Below, in pieces: positions 1-9,510 of a DNA stretch of 64,000 bases. The notes below the pieces were generated by a model. The model did no database searches. It saw only the letters and a list, made by a program, of their open reading frames with translations, and had not been told where the DNA came from. This DNA comes from Eubacteriales bacterium (GTDB lineage: Bacteria; Bacillota; Clostridia; Oscillospirales; CAG-272): contig JAZOSN010000059.1 of assembly GCA_045657105.1 (NCBI GenBank), positions 196 through 64,195 of the forward strand, in the 5' to 3' direction. Each line of letters starts with the position of its first letter. Position 1 is the first letter of the stretch. The position numbers and the translations under genes were made by a program.

Positions 1-583
1 TCGAGATGCAAACGTCAACGTACTGGCAAAGATCGGTCATAGCCTCTCTTGCCTGATCTCTCGTCCAGAGCTTTCCGCGATAGTTAAGGTCGCAGGAGAT
101 CTTGATGCCCTTAGCCTTAGCCGCCTTGCATGCCTCCTTGCAGATCTCGACTACGTTTGCGCCGAGTGCGGGAGTAATACCCGTGAAGTGGAACCAATCT
201 ACGCCCTCGAAGATAGCGTCCCAATCGAAGTCCTCGCAGGTAGCCTTTGCGATAGCAGAATTTGCACGGTCGTAAATGCAGACCGATCCTCTCTGCGATG
301 CGCCCTTTTCGTTGAAGTAGATACCTACTCTGTCACCGCCGCGAACGATCTTGGTGGTGTCAACGCCATATCTGCGAAGGCTGTTGACCGCGCACTGTCC
401 GATAGCGTGTGCGGGGAGCTTGGTAACAAAAGAAGCGTCCATACCGTAGTTTGCGAGCGAAACTGCTACGTTAGCCTCACCGCCGCCGAAGGTAAATTCG
501 ACGTGGTCGCACTGAACGAATCTCTCATAGTTATAGGGTTGAAGTCTGAGCATAAGCTCACCGAATGTAACGATTTTAGCCAT
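1..583 (-). CDS. kdgK: PfkB-family sugar kinase, 2-dehydro-3-deoxygluconokinase-like (N-terminal part; C-terminus lies left of the window)
   Basis: Reverse translation from ATG 583-581 reads MAKIVTFGELMLRLQPYNYERFVQCDHVEFTFGGGEANVAVSLANYGMDASFVTK..., the typical KdgK/PfkB N-terminus. AGGAG RBS (revcomp) at 591-595. The frame stays open to position 1. Not in the ORF track because it has no stop in the window. Confidence 0.75.
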   Translation of the reverse strand, partial: MAKIVTFGELMLRLQPYNYERFVQCDHVEFTFGGGEANVAVSLANYGMDASFVTKLPAHAIGQCAVNSLRRYGVDTTKIVRGGDRVGIYFNEKGASQRGSVCIYDRANSAIAKATCEDFDWDAIFEGVDWFHFTGITPALGANVVEICKEACKAAKAKGIKISCDLNYRGKLWTRDQAREAMTDLCQYVDVCIS

Positions 584-676
584 TTTTGGCCTCCTTAAAT
601 TATTTTATAATGCCGTCCGTATAGCGCGGACAAAAGTTACAAATTCCGCAGGCAAACAAATTTACCCACTATGGGT

Positions 677-705
677 ATAATAACCCATTTTTCTTTAATT
701 GTCAA
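677..705 (-). promoter_or_regulatory. Sigma-A-type promoter candidate for the kdgK-like gene
   Basis: On the minus strand: TTGACA (705-700), 17-nt spacer, TATTAT (682-677), about 95 nt upstream of the ATG. Confidence 0.45.
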
Positions 706-753
706 GTATCAAAGCACTTTTTTAGGAAATTTGAGGTATTTTATTTTCAAAAC

Positions 754-785
754 AAAACCGATCCGAGTTCTCATCGGATCGGTTT
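754..785 (-). terminator. Rho-independent terminator closing the protease-opp operon (hairpin is symmetric, possibly bidirectional)
   Basis: AAAACCGATCCGA-gttctca-TCGGATCGGTTT, followed on the minus strand by TTTTGTTTTG. It lies just after the stop at 791. Confidence 0.6.
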
Positions 786-790
786 ACGCT

Positions 791-1072
791 TTAAAACAGA
801 CTTTGAAGTCCGCCCATAAGGAGCCACATCACAAAGAATGCCGCCGCGACAAGTCCCATGACCACTATCATCGGGAGAAGCATCACCTTCACGCTCGAAA
901 AATAGGTCCTGAGATGCTCAAAGACCTTAGGTCTTTGCCTCTCGTCCGGATTTTTTCTTTTTCTGAATTTCCTCGTTTCATCAAGCCCTGACATATCGAA
1001 CACCGTCGAGCCGTCGTCAATGTAAACGATCTTTTCCTTTTTTGGCTTCTTCTTTCTTTCCTTATCAGGCAT
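791..1072 (-). CDS. Small basic tail-anchored membrane protein (93 aa), function unknown
   Basis: ATG at 1072 overlaps the oppF stop (ATGCCTGA). [14 protein letters not shown]... is a Lys/Arg-rich N-terminus, with one C-terminal TM helix (VMLLPMIVVMGLVAAAFFVMWLLMGG). I shortened the longer ORF-track start at 1132 to this ATG. Confidence 0.5.
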   Translation of the reverse strand: MPDKERKKKPKKEKIVYIDDGSTVFDMSGLDETRKFRKRKNPDERQRPKVFEHLRTYFSSVKVMLLPMIVVMGLVAAAFFVMWLLMGGLQSLF

Positions 1073-2165
1073 TGTTATCCGCCTTATCTGCAAGCATATG
1101 GCAAGCCGCGAAATGTCCCTCGCCGTATTCACGGTACTCGGGAGTTATATGACGGCATTTCTCGGTTGCATGAGGGCAACGCGTATGGAAACGGCAACCC
1201 TTCGGGGGATTTGCGGGAGAAGGAATATCACCGCTAAGCACGATACGGTTCATCTTTACGTCGGGATTCGGGTTAGGAATTGCCGAGAAGAGAGCCTTCG
1301 TATAGGGGTGAAGCGGATTTGCAAAAATATCCTTCTTGTTTCCGAACTCCATCATCGCGCCGAGATACATAACGCCGATCTTATCCGAAATGAACTTAAC
1401 TACCGACAGATCGTGAGAAATGAAGAGATAAGTCAGGTTCATCGACTTTTGAAGATCTTTAAGCAGATTGATGATCTGTGCCTGAATAGATACGTCAAGC
1501 GCCGAAACCGGCTCGTCACAGATAACAAGCTGAGGATTTACCGAAAGTGCTCTTGCAATACATATTCTCTGACGCTGACCGCCCGAGAACTCGTGAGGAT
1601 ATCTCTCGAAGTAGTAATCGCGAAGTCCGCACTTTTCCATAAGATCCATAACGTAATCCTTGACCTGACTTGGCGGAACGATCTTATGAACCTTTACAGG
1701 CTCGGAAAGAATGTCGCCGACGGTGCTTCTCGGAGGAAGCGAGGAATACGGATCCTGGAATATTATCTGCATTTTGGTACGTATCGAGCGCATCTGCGCC
1801 TTACTGAAATTTGTTATATCCTGTCCGCCGAAGAATATCTTTCCTCCGTCAGAGGGATAAAGCTTCAGAACGGTACGTCCCATAGTGGTCTTTCCGCAAC
1901 CCGACTCGCCAACGATACCGAGGGTTTCACCGGGCTTCAGCTTAAAGGAAACGTCATCGACCGCAACGAGGTTTTGAAGCACCTTTCCGGTAAAGCTCTT
2001 CTTTATAGGGAAGCACTTTCTGAGGTGTCTTACCTCGAGAAGCGCGTCAGGATCGAGCGGTTTTTTCATATCCTCTTCGATCTGAGCCTTGCGAGCGGCG
2101 CTTTCCTCGGCGGCGATCTTTTCATCGTCGTATATAAAATTTTCGTCTTTTATAATATCTGACAT
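1065..2165 (-). CDS. oppF: Oligopeptide/dipeptide ABC transporter ATP-binding protein (OppF type)
   Basis: Walker [10 protein letters not shown], signature FSGGQRQR, Walker B LVICDEP. C-terminal Cys/His-rich Opp-type extension ([14 protein letters not shown]...AACH). ATG with AGGAGG RBS. Confidence 0.9.
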   Translation of the reverse strand: MSDIIKDENFIYDDEKIAAEESAARKAQIEEDMKKPLDPDALLEVRHLRKCFPIKKSFTGKVLQNLVAVDDVSFKLKPGETLGIVGESGCGKTTMGRTVLKLYPSDGGKIFFGGQDITNFSKAQMRSIRTKMQIIFQDPYSSLPPRSTVGDILSEPVKVHKIVPPSQVKDYVMDLMEKCGLRDYYFERYPHEFSGGQRQRICIARALSVNPQLVICDEPVSALDVSIQAQIINLLKDLQKSMNLTYLFISHDLSVVKFISDKIGVMYLGAMMEFGNKKDIFANPLHPYTKALFSAIPNPNPDVKMNRIVLSGDIPSPANPPKGCRFHTRCPHATEKCRHITPEYREYGEGHFAACHMLADKADNNA

Positions 2166-2166
2166 A

Positions 2167-3399
2167 TTACTCGGTCGCCTCCTTTTCGCCTTCGCTGTAA
2201 AGATGGCAAGCTACATAGTGTGTGGGGCTTACCTGTATCATTCCGGGATAATCTCCCGAGCATTTTGCTATGCATTTAGAGCATCTTTCCTTGAAATAGC
2301 AGTAGGAAGGCATATTTACGGGGTTAGGTACGTTTCCGGGAATATTGAAAAGTGCGTCCTCGTCCGAGTCCATCGTGGGCTTCGATTTTTGAAGTCCTAT
2401 CGTGTATGGATGCATCGGATTATGGAATATTTCCGAAACGGTTCCCCTCTCGATAACTCTTCCCGCATACATAACGACAACGTAATCCGCCATTTCGGCG
2501 ATAATTCCGAGGTCGTGAGTAATGAGAAGCACTGCGCCGTTGATTTTATGTTTAAGATCGCGGAGCAGATCGAGTATCTGAGCCTGTATAGTAACGTCGA
2601 GAGCGGTCGTGGGCTCGTCGGCAATTATGAGTCGGGGGTTGCAGGCAAGCGCCATCGAGATCATAACTCTCTGTCGCATACCTCCCGATAGCTCGTGCGG
2701 ATAGGATTTATAAACACGCTCGGGAGCGGCAATTCCGACAAGCTCGAGCATCTCTATCGACTTAGCCTTTGCCATTTCGCGAGTCGCGCCCGGCACGTGG
2801 ATAAAGGTCACCTCGTCGAGCTGTTCACCTATTGTGAACACAGGATTTAGCGATGTCATCGGCTCCTGGAATATCATAGACACCTGTCTGCCGCGAATAC
2901 GGTGTATTTCTTTTATCGGCATCTCTGCGATGTCATATACCTTTTCCTCTGTTTCTGCATTTACAAGAGGATTTCCCTTCTTATCACGCTTATAATCGCT
3001 CGATGCGAAGCGGATATGACCGGAAACTATCTGTCCCTGAGGACCTTGGAGAAGTCGCATTACCGACATACTCGTAACCGATTTTCCGCAGCCCGATTCT
3101 CCGACGACTCCGACGGTCGAGCCCTTCGGAACCTCAAAGGAAACTCCGTTTACCGCCTTGACTATACCCTGATCGGTGAAGAAATAGGTGTGAAGATCCT
3201 CGATTTCGAGAATATTGTCGGGATTTTTCATTTCGGTAACGAACTCGCTCTCGTCTGCACGGCGATATTTGCGGCTTTCGAGCTCACGCATTATCTTGGC
3301 GTTAGCCTTAGCGATAGCGCGGACCTCGCGTCCCGAAAGATAGTGACTCTTAGGCTTCGACTGGGTGGCCGAAGCGTTGTTTTCGTTTTTCTTTTTCAT
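2167..3399 (-). CDS. oppD: Oligopeptide/dipeptide ABC transporter ATP-binding protein (OppD type)
   Basis: Walker A GESGCGKS, signature LSGGMRQR, Walker [14 protein letters not shown]-terminal [14 protein letters not shown]...ACH. I placed the start at ATG 3399 (GGAGG 8 nt upstream). The ORF track extends to a GTG at 3408. Confidence 0.9.
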   Translation of the reverse strand: MKKKNENNASATQSKPKSHYLSGREVRAIAKANAKIMRELESRKYRRADESEFVTEMKNPDNILEIEDLHTYFFTDQGIVKAVNGVSFEVPKGSTVGVVGESGCGKSVTSMSVMRLLQGPQGQIVSGHIRFASSDYKRDKKGNPLVNAETEEKVYDIAEMPIKEIHRIRGRQVSMIFQEPMTSLNPVFTIGEQLDEVTFIHVPGATREMAKAKSIEMLELVGIAAPERVYKSYPHELSGGMRQRVMISMALACNPRLIIADEPTTALDVTIQAQILDLLRDLKHKINGAVLLITHDLGIIAEMADYVVVMYAGRVIERGTVSEIFHNPMHPYTIGLQKSKPTMDSDEDALFNIPGNVPNPVNMPSYCYFKERCSKCIAKCSGDYPGMIQVSPTHYVACHLYSEGEKEATE

Positions 3400-3404
3400 C
3401 GCCG

Positions 3405-4481
3405 TCACCTCCTCATCTTGGGGTCGAGCGCATCACGCAGTCCGTCGCCCACAAAGTTGAATCCGAGAACTGCAAGTATAATGCATATTCCGGGAGGTCC
3501 CCAGACGTTAAAGAAGTTCTGGAGAATGTTTTGGTCGGAAGCGATAATATTTATCATCGTTCCCCACGCTGCATAAGGTGCTCTTACACCCATATTAAGG
3601 TAGGAAAGCGATGCCTCGTAAAGTATCATACTACCAAGACTGAGCGTCATCGACACGATAAGCTGAGGCATTACGTTCGGAATAAGGTGCTTGAATATCT
3701 TACGCTTTACCGAATATCCCATAGCCTCTGCCGCTACCATATACTCCTGCTCGCGGAGCGAGAGTATCTGTCCTCTTACAAGACGTGCCGTTCCCGGCCA
3801 CGAGAAGAGCGTCAGATAAGCCATAAGATAGTAGATACGATGCTGCGACGGAACCTCTGCCGAATCAAGCAAAGTACCTATTATAAGAAGTATCGGAAAT
3901 CCGGGAAGACATATAAGTATATCACAAAGTCGCATTATAATATCATCGACTATTCCGCCGAAATATCCCGCAATTCCGCCGAATATAACGCCGAATATCG
4001 TGATTGCAAATACGGCTATAAAGCTTACCGTAAGCGATATTTTTCCGCCGTACATAAGTCTTGTAAAGACATCTCTGCCGTCCTTATCGGTACCGAGAAT
4101 GTGGTCTGCGCTCGGCGCGGCAAGAGAATTCAGAGGCTTCGTGGTTTCGACGACCTGATACATAGTATAGGTTTCGCCGTCCTTTTCATAGGTGACCTCG
4201 GCATACGTATAATCGATCTTTCCCGACATATCCTGCTCGGTTTCTCCCCACTGTGTAAACACGAGCGGTCCTACCCAACAGAATACGAAAAGTCCGACTA
4301 TCATTACGAGTCCGACGATACTGAGCTTCGAGCGGAAAAATCTGCGAAGCACCATTCGCATCGGGGACATAAGGCGTACGTTTTTATCAAGAGGCGCATT
4401 TTCTTCTTCGCTCTGAGCTACTGCCGTAACGTTTTTTACGGTTTCAATCTGAGCTTCGGTGTTTTCATTACGATTGTCCAT
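3405..4481 (-). CDS. oppC: Oligopeptide ABC transporter permease (OppC type)
   Basis: Multi-TM BPD-transporter permease pattern (EYMVAAEAMGYSVKRKIFKHLIPN) with a long N-terminal extension. ATG with AAGGAGG RBS. Confidence 0.9.
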   Translation of the reverse strand: MDNRNENTEAQIETVKNVTAVAQSEEENAPLDKNVRLMSPMRMVLRRFFRSKLSIVGLVMIVGLFVFCWVGPLVFTQWGETEQDMSGKIDYTYAEVTYEKDGETYTMYQVVETTKPLNSLAAPSADHILGTDKDGRDVFTRLMYGGKISLTVSFIAVFAITIFGVIFGGIAGYFGGIVDDIIMRLCDILICLPGFPILLIIGTLLDSAEVPSQHRIYYLMAYLTLFSWPGTARLVRGQILSLREQEYMVAAEAMGYSVKRKIFKHLIPNVMPQLIVSMTLSLGSMILYEASLSYLNMGVRAPYAAWGTMINIIASDQNILQNFFNVWGPPGICIILAVLGFNFVGDGLRDALDPKMRR

Positions 4482-4496
4482 TTTCTGCCGCCTCCT

Positions 4497-5489
4497 TTAT
4501 TTAAGTTTAACTCTGGGGTCAACTATAACGTACATAAGGTCGGCAAGCAGGATTCCCATTACGCTGAGCAGCGCAAGGAACATATTATATCCCATGATAA
4601 AGGGAATATCCGCTTCTATCATTGCCTTGTATGCAACGTTACCTATACCGGGCAGGTCAAAGACCTGCTCGGTAATTATAGCACCCGAGAAGAGCGAGGG
4701 GAGAAGTCCCGCAAGGTTGGTAACGAGCGGTATCAGAGTGTTTCTGAACGCGTGCTTATATACCACCTTGCTCTCTTTAAGGCCCTTTGCGCGGGCCGTT
4801 CTGACATAGTCAGAGTTCATAACCTCGAGCATTTCGGTTCTGGTCATTCTCATTCTTGCACCGATACTGAGTATTACTACGGTAAGTATCGGTATAAAGA
4901 GGTGACTCAGATAGTCGAGTATTTTTTCAAATCCAACGTAAGACTGCGTTGCATTTTCAAGTCCTGTTGGCGGGAACCAACCGAGCTCCATCGCAAGAAC
5001 GTCTTTGAGCATCTGTCCGAAGAAGAAGGACGGAAGCGATATTCCTATCATAACGAGGATAGTTACGACGTAGTCGCGTATCGAATACTGGTGTGTTGCC
5101 GCGGTGATACCGAGCGGTATCGCTATCATAAACTCGAAAAGCGTTGCTATAAGAGCGACCGCAAACGATACGCCCATATGATCTCTTATAACGTCGATTA
5201 CCGGAACTCCGTATTTAAAGCTCGTTCCGAAATCAAACCGACACAGTGACGCCAGCCAGTTTCCGTATCCTTTAAGAATACCGAGAAAGCTGTTATCTTC
5301 AAGACCGTATAGCTTTTTCATGCTTTCGATGGTTTCTTCGGGGATAGTCGCGCCGCCCTGGTTCATCGCAGCTATCTTACTGTCGATGAAGCTGACGGGC
5401 ATACATCTGACCAGAATATATATGATAAGCGACACGCCGAGCAGGATAAGCACTGCAAGCGCAAGTCTTTTAATTATATACTTTAACAT
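4497..5489 (-). CDS. oppB: Oligopeptide ABC transporter permease (OppB type)
   Basis: MLKYIIKRLALAVLILLGVSLIIYILVR..., the classical OppB/DppB N-terminus, with the motif YVRTARAKGLKESKVVYKHAFRN. Confidence 0.9.
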   Translation of the reverse strand: MLKYIIKRLALAVLILLGVSLIIYILVRCMPVSFIDSKIAAMNQGGATIPEETIESMKKLYGLEDNSFLGILKGYGNWLASLCRFDFGTSFKYGVPVIDVIRDHMGVSFAVALIATLFEFMIAIPLGITAATHQYSIRDYVVTILVMIGISLPSFFFGQMLKDVLAMELGWFPPTGLENATQSYVGFEKILDYLSHLFIPILTVVILSIGARMRMTRTEMLEVMNSDYVRTARAKGLKESKVVYKHAFRNTLIPLVTNLAGLLPSLFSGAIITEQVFDLPGIGNVAYKAMIEADIPFIMGYNMFLALLSVMGILLADLMYVIVDPRVKLK

Positions 5490-5504
5490 TAGTTATCGTC
5501 CTGT

Positions 5505-8102
5505 TCAGTCTGCAAATTCGATTTCCCAGATGTGGTCAAGGGGAGAAGTATAGGGATTAAGCTCTGCCTGTGTGGGAAGCGTAGATGTCTTGATTACCTT
5601 TGCATTGTAAGCATAAAGTACCATACGCTGATATACGGGAAGCTCAACTGCAAGGTCAAGAACGTATCCCATAGCCTCTTCGTAAAGCTCTCTGCGCTCG
5701 TCCTGATCCTCGGTTTCTCTTGCTTCGTCGATGACGTTACTGAGCTTATTGAGGATACTGTTTTCCTCGAAGTACGTACTGGTATCGTTGAGAATTTCGC
5801 GGTAGCCCCAAGCAAGGGTACTGGTCGCGCTCGAATTCTTGTGATATACCTGATACATATCGGGGTCGATCGTCGAGCCCCAAGCCGCCGCCCATACTGC
5901 GAGCGATCCGGTACTGAGCTTGGTAAGAGCCTGAGTATCGGGAACTACCTCGATGTCCCAACCGCATTCGTTGAGAAGCTCTGCCGCGCTCTGGAAGGTC
6001 TGATAGGTCGGGTGGTCGGTGAGGTTAGCACCTGCGATGGTGAACTTGATTTTAAGCTGAGCATCGCCTGCTACGACGCCTGCCTTTTGCATATAGTCCT
6101 CGATAGACTCCTTGGCGTCGGCTCTGTTGAATACGAGAGCAGGATAATCGTGATAGTTATCACGGCTGTTGTTACCCGAATCGTCCTTCGGATATGCCCA
6201 GCTTACGGTGGACATCGGCCAGTAGATGGTTTCTGCCATACCGGTACTGTAATAGCTGAGCGCAAGGCTTGTGTTCATCGCGCACATAATAGCCTTACGG
6301 ATATTGATGTTCGGAACCTTTCCTGCATTGATACCGATATAACCGTAACCGAGCTGATCGGTGTAGGTCTTTTCGATACCCTCGGATTTAAGTCCGTTGA
6401 TCTTGTCAATGTTGTCCTGAGTGAACTGAGGAGTTACGAAGTGAACCGTTCCGCTTTCGAGAGCGTTAAGTGCGTTGGACGCGCTAACTACCTGATAACG
6501 GAGCTTTTCGATCTTGGGAGTACCAAGAAGGAAGTTGGGGTTTGCCTTGAAATATACGATGTTATTACTGAAAAATTCAGTAGTCTTAGGATCGTCCGCG
6601 TTAGCGCTGTTAGTTACCTTGTAGGGACCTGCGCCTACGGGAAGCTTAACGTTTCTGGGGGACTGGATAACGTCGGTCATAAAGTCGAACGAGCCGTACT
6701 CTACGCCGAACTGATTATTTTCAATATCAACGGTATATCCGGGAGCGTAGTAGTGCTGGGGCGCTACCGAGAATGCGAAGTTCCAGATAGCCTTCGGGTC
6801 AACGCCGTTAATGGTTATCTGAAGAACGTCGTACTCGTCAGATGCCTTGGTCGTACCGTCTGCATTATGCTCCTGTGCGATCTTGTAGGTGTTGTTTCCT
6901 ACGTTTATCGAGGTAAGGTCGGTACTATGTCCGAGAGAAACGATGCCCGAGATATTTTCAACTGCAAGCTTTCCGTCCTTTACGTTTTCACGGAGAAGAA
7001 CTTCCTTAGCCTTTGCGGTGTACTCGGTGGTAAGAGTCTGAGCGGTAGCCCAGTAGCGAAGGATCTGATGAAGCTCCTGTTCAATCTTCGAGCCGTAAAC
7101 GTACTCGATAGCCGAAGCCTTATCCTTAACGACGTCGGTGCTGTAATGTCTGATTACTTCCTTGATCTTGGACTTGATGTCCTTGTTGTTTTCGTCCTTT
7201 TCGTATTTGATCTCGACGTAGCCCTCTGCATACATGAAGGAGGTTACCTCGTCAAATTCGCCGGTCGACTTGTAGGGCTCTTCGATGTAAGCCTCTTTCG
7301 AGCTTACGTAGTCGGTTTCGAGCTCTTCCTTGAAGAGCTTGAGAGTGTACTCGTAGTCCTCGCGGAGCTGTTCTCTATACCACTCATCATCATAGTTCTC
7401 GTTTCCGGTAGCAACTGCCTTCTTATATCCCGAGCTGGGTGCATGCTTGGAGATCGCGTCGATCATTTTATCGTAATTCGCACTGTATCCGCTCTGCTGC
7501 TTACCTACTGTCATATAGAGGTTGATAAGCTCGTTTATACGGTCCTCTGCTCTTGCGCCCGCGGTTTCGGAAATAGCGTCGTCTGTTCCGGAGGAGCTCG
7601 ATCCGAGAGTCTGGGTTCTGTAATTCTGAAGACCTACTATATCGGTCGAATACATGGTGGAAGATCCGGTATAAACGGGATCAAGATAAACGTAGAGATT
7701 GAAGAGAACGTCGTTCATCGTGAGCGGCTTGCCGTCAGAGAACTTGATTCCGTTCTTGATAACGAAGGTGTATACGGTGGTATCGTTACCCTCGTTGCGA
7801 GCTATCGAGTAGTCCTTTACTACGACTGCCTCGTTATCACCGCAAGCAACGACCACCTCGCCGTTTTCATAGCCTGTGGTGAGCATACCGATCTGAGTCA
7901 TCGCAACGATGGTTCCGTCGGCTGCGGTCGTCGAGAAGAAGGGGTTGAAAAGTCCGTCGAGGTCCTCGGTCATTATAACGAGGGCGTCCGGTCTTTGTGT
8001 CTGTCCGTCACCGTCACCGCCTTTTTTACAGCCGGTCACGTTGACTGCAACTCCCATGCACATAATAGCGCAAAGAAGAAGTGCAATAATTCTTTTTTTC
8101 AT
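5505..8102 (-). CDS. oppA: Family-5 (OppA-like) extracellular solute-binding lipoprotein, unusually large (865 aa)
   Basis: Signal peptide plus lipobox (VNVTGC). SBP_bac_5-like N- and C-lobes (GPYKV..., WGSTIDPDMYQVYH). First gene of the transporter block, 16 nt downstream of the preceding lipoprotein gene. Confidence 0.85.
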   Translation of the reverse strand: MKKRIIALLLCAIMCMGVAVNVTGCKKGGDGDGQTQRPDALVIMTEDLDGLFNPFFSTTAADGTIVAMTQIGMLTTGYENGEVVVACGDNEAVVVKDYSIARNEGNDTTVYTFVIKNGIKFSDGKPLTMNDVLFNLYVYLDPVYTGSSTMYSTDIVGLQNYRTQTLGSSSSGTDDAISETAGARAEDRINELINLYMTVGKQQSGYSANYDKMIDAISKHAPSSGYKKAVATGNENYDDEWYREQLREDYEYTLKLFKEELETDYVSSKEAYIEEPYKSTGEFDEVTSFMYAEGYVEIKYEKDENNKDIKSKIKEVIRHYSTDVVKDKASAIEYVYGSKIEQELHQILRYWATAQTLTTEYTAKAKEVLLRENVKDGKLAVENISGIVSLGHSTDLTSINVGNNTYKIAQEHNADGTTKASDEYDVLQITINGVDPKAIWNFAFSVAPQHYYAPGYTVDIENNQFGVEYGSFDFMTDVIQSPRNVKLPVGAGPYKVTNSANADDPKTTEFFSNNIVYFKANPNFLLGTPKIEKLRYQVVSASNALNALESGTVHFVTPQFTQDNIDKINGLKSEGIEKTYTDQLGYGYIGINAGKVPNINIRKAIMCAMNTSLALSYYSTGMAETIYWPMSTVSWAYPKDDSGNNSRDNYHDYPALVFNRADAKESIEDYMQKAGVVAGDAQLKIKFTIAGANLTDHPTYQTFQSAAELLNECGWDIEVVPDTQALTKLSTGSLAVWAAAWGSTIDPDMYQVYHKNSSATSTLAWGYREILNDTSTYFEENSILNKLSNVIDEARETEDQDERRELYEEAMGYVLDLAVELPVYQRMVLYAYNAKVIKTSTLPTQAELNPYTSPLDHIWEIEFAD

Positions 8103-8118
8103 ATTTATATCCTCCTAT

Positions 8119-9510
8119 TTATGTACCTGATAATTCGGCAAAGGTGAGCGTTACGCTTCCGCTTTCTCTGTCAACGTCCACCGTTATCTTCGCTTCATCT
8201 CCGTCTATCTCGCAGTCGATAGAGGAAATATCGAGCTGTCCGTTGTAGCCCGTTCCGAAGAGAAGTCCTACGACGTACTCCTTTTGAGGGAAGCATTCCT
8301 CGCCGACGACTATCTTACCCGATATTGTAACGTCGTCAAGGATCATATCGGGCGAAGCTTTTCCTGCAAGAAGACCAAACGATGCGCCCGCTATACGCGA
8401 TCCTGCTTTAAGCGTGTAGGTTATATTTTCAAACTCAATATTTTTAAATTCCGCACCACTTTCGAGTACAGCGAAAAGCCCGCCTTCCTTGCTCGAAATG
8501 TTGCCCTGAATTACCGAAACGTTCGATATTTTATACTTGTTTCCGTCTGCCGAGTAAAATCCGCCCTTGAAGCTTCCGCCGGAGAATGCGCTCGGCCATA
8601 CCTCGCCCTTAAAATCGAGGTCTGCACTGATAAGATAGTGTCCGTCGAGATCGGCTATCTTATAGAGCTGATTTGCATTTGAGATCTTGTACCAGTCACC
8701 GTCAAGCCAAGTGGTGTAGAGCTTTATAGTCTGAGTGAGAGTAGTGCCGTTTTCATAGTCAACGTCACCTTTCAGGTTCGCGGGAGCTATCTCGGTCATC
8801 TGCTCGTCGAGATAGACCTTGTCCAGTGTTTTTCCCTCGATCTCGGGGAAACGCTTCATATCGAGCTTGCCCGTCTTTTCGTTCCACTCGGGAAGAACGA
8901 GCTCAATTGCCGAAACGCTTTCGAGCTTTTCGAAGTGTCCGTCTGCGCCGGGCGCGTAAATTTCGTAATTAACGTATGGGATCCACGCCGCGTAAAGCGT
9001 CATAACGCTTTCCTCGGAGGAATATTCTCTGCTCGGATCGACCTTCAAAAGATCGTTTTCGAAGTCCCAGAGTCCTGAATAAACGTATCCCTGCTCTCTG
9101 CCCGACTGTGAGGTGGGAATTCCGAACTCGTCGAGAGCGTTTCCGTTTTCGTCAACGCGTGCCTCGCGTCTTGAATACCAACCCGCGAAGAAATATCCGT
9201 TTTTCGATATTCCGAACGCCTTGTCCTCACGGCTCGGATTATCGGGGGCAATAAGAGGAGTTACTCTGTTGCCGTCTGCGTCCTGCTTCATACTGCCGAT
9301 GTTAAAGACGTCTATAACATAAACGTCCTCCGGACTGTTTGCGAACGAGCCGCCGTTTGCGTCATATCTGACGCTTACCGTATATCCGTCCTTATCGAGC
9401 GTTTTATACGGAGTTTTCCACTGCGCGCAGGCTGTAAAACAGCCTGCCGCAGCAAGGATCAAAGCAAGTGCGAAAACCCACTTTATCCTTATGATCATCT
9501 TATTTTTCAT
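8119..9510 (-). CDS. Lipoprotein with a Listeria-Bacteroides-repeat-like (Flg_new) segment and a GLUG-motif-like C-terminal domain
   Basis: Start taken at ATG 9510 (MKNKMIIRIKWVFALALILAAAGC, lipobox AAGC). It overlaps the protease stop by 11 nt. KNGYFFAGWYSR resembles the Flg_new repeat. GGLFAVLESGAEFKNIEF and SFGLLAGKAS resemble GLUG motifs. Domain names are by eye only. Confidence 0.6.
   Translation of the reverse strand: MKNKMIIRIKWVFALALILAAAGCFTACAQWKTPYKTLDKDGYTVSVRYDANGGSFANSPEDVYVIDVFNIGSMKQDADGNRVTPLIAPDNPSREDKAFGISKNGYFFAGWYSRREARVDENGNALDEFGIPTSQSGREQGYVYSGLWDFENDLLKVDPSREYSSEESVMTLYAAWIPYVNYEIYAPGADGHFEKLESVSAIELVLPEWNEKTGKLDMKRFPEIEGKTLDKVYLDEQMTEIAPANLKGDVDYENGTTLTQTIKLYTTWLDGDWYKISNANQLYKIADLDGHYLISADLDFKGEVWPSAFSGGSFKGGFYSADGNKYKISNVSVIQGNISSKEGGLFAVLESGAEFKNIEFENITYTLKAGSRIAGASFGLLAGKASPDMILDDVTISGKIVVGEECFPQKEYVVGLLFGTGYNGQLDISSIDCEIDGDEAKITVDVDRESGSVTLTFAELSGT

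Noticed and set aside
188-991. ORFs 188-598 (+) and 671-991 (+)
   Set aside because: The first is antisense to the KdgK-like gene. The second begins in the kdgK promoter, reads through the operon terminator hairpin and runs antisense into the small membrane-protein gene. Neither has an RBS.
1098-5249. Long plus-strand ORFs (354, 200, 224 and 572 aa) across the oppBCDF genes
   Set aside because: They are antisense to genes with complete ABC ATPase and permease signatures. Their products are compositionally biased (Arg/Leu/Ile/Tyr-rich) and motif-free.
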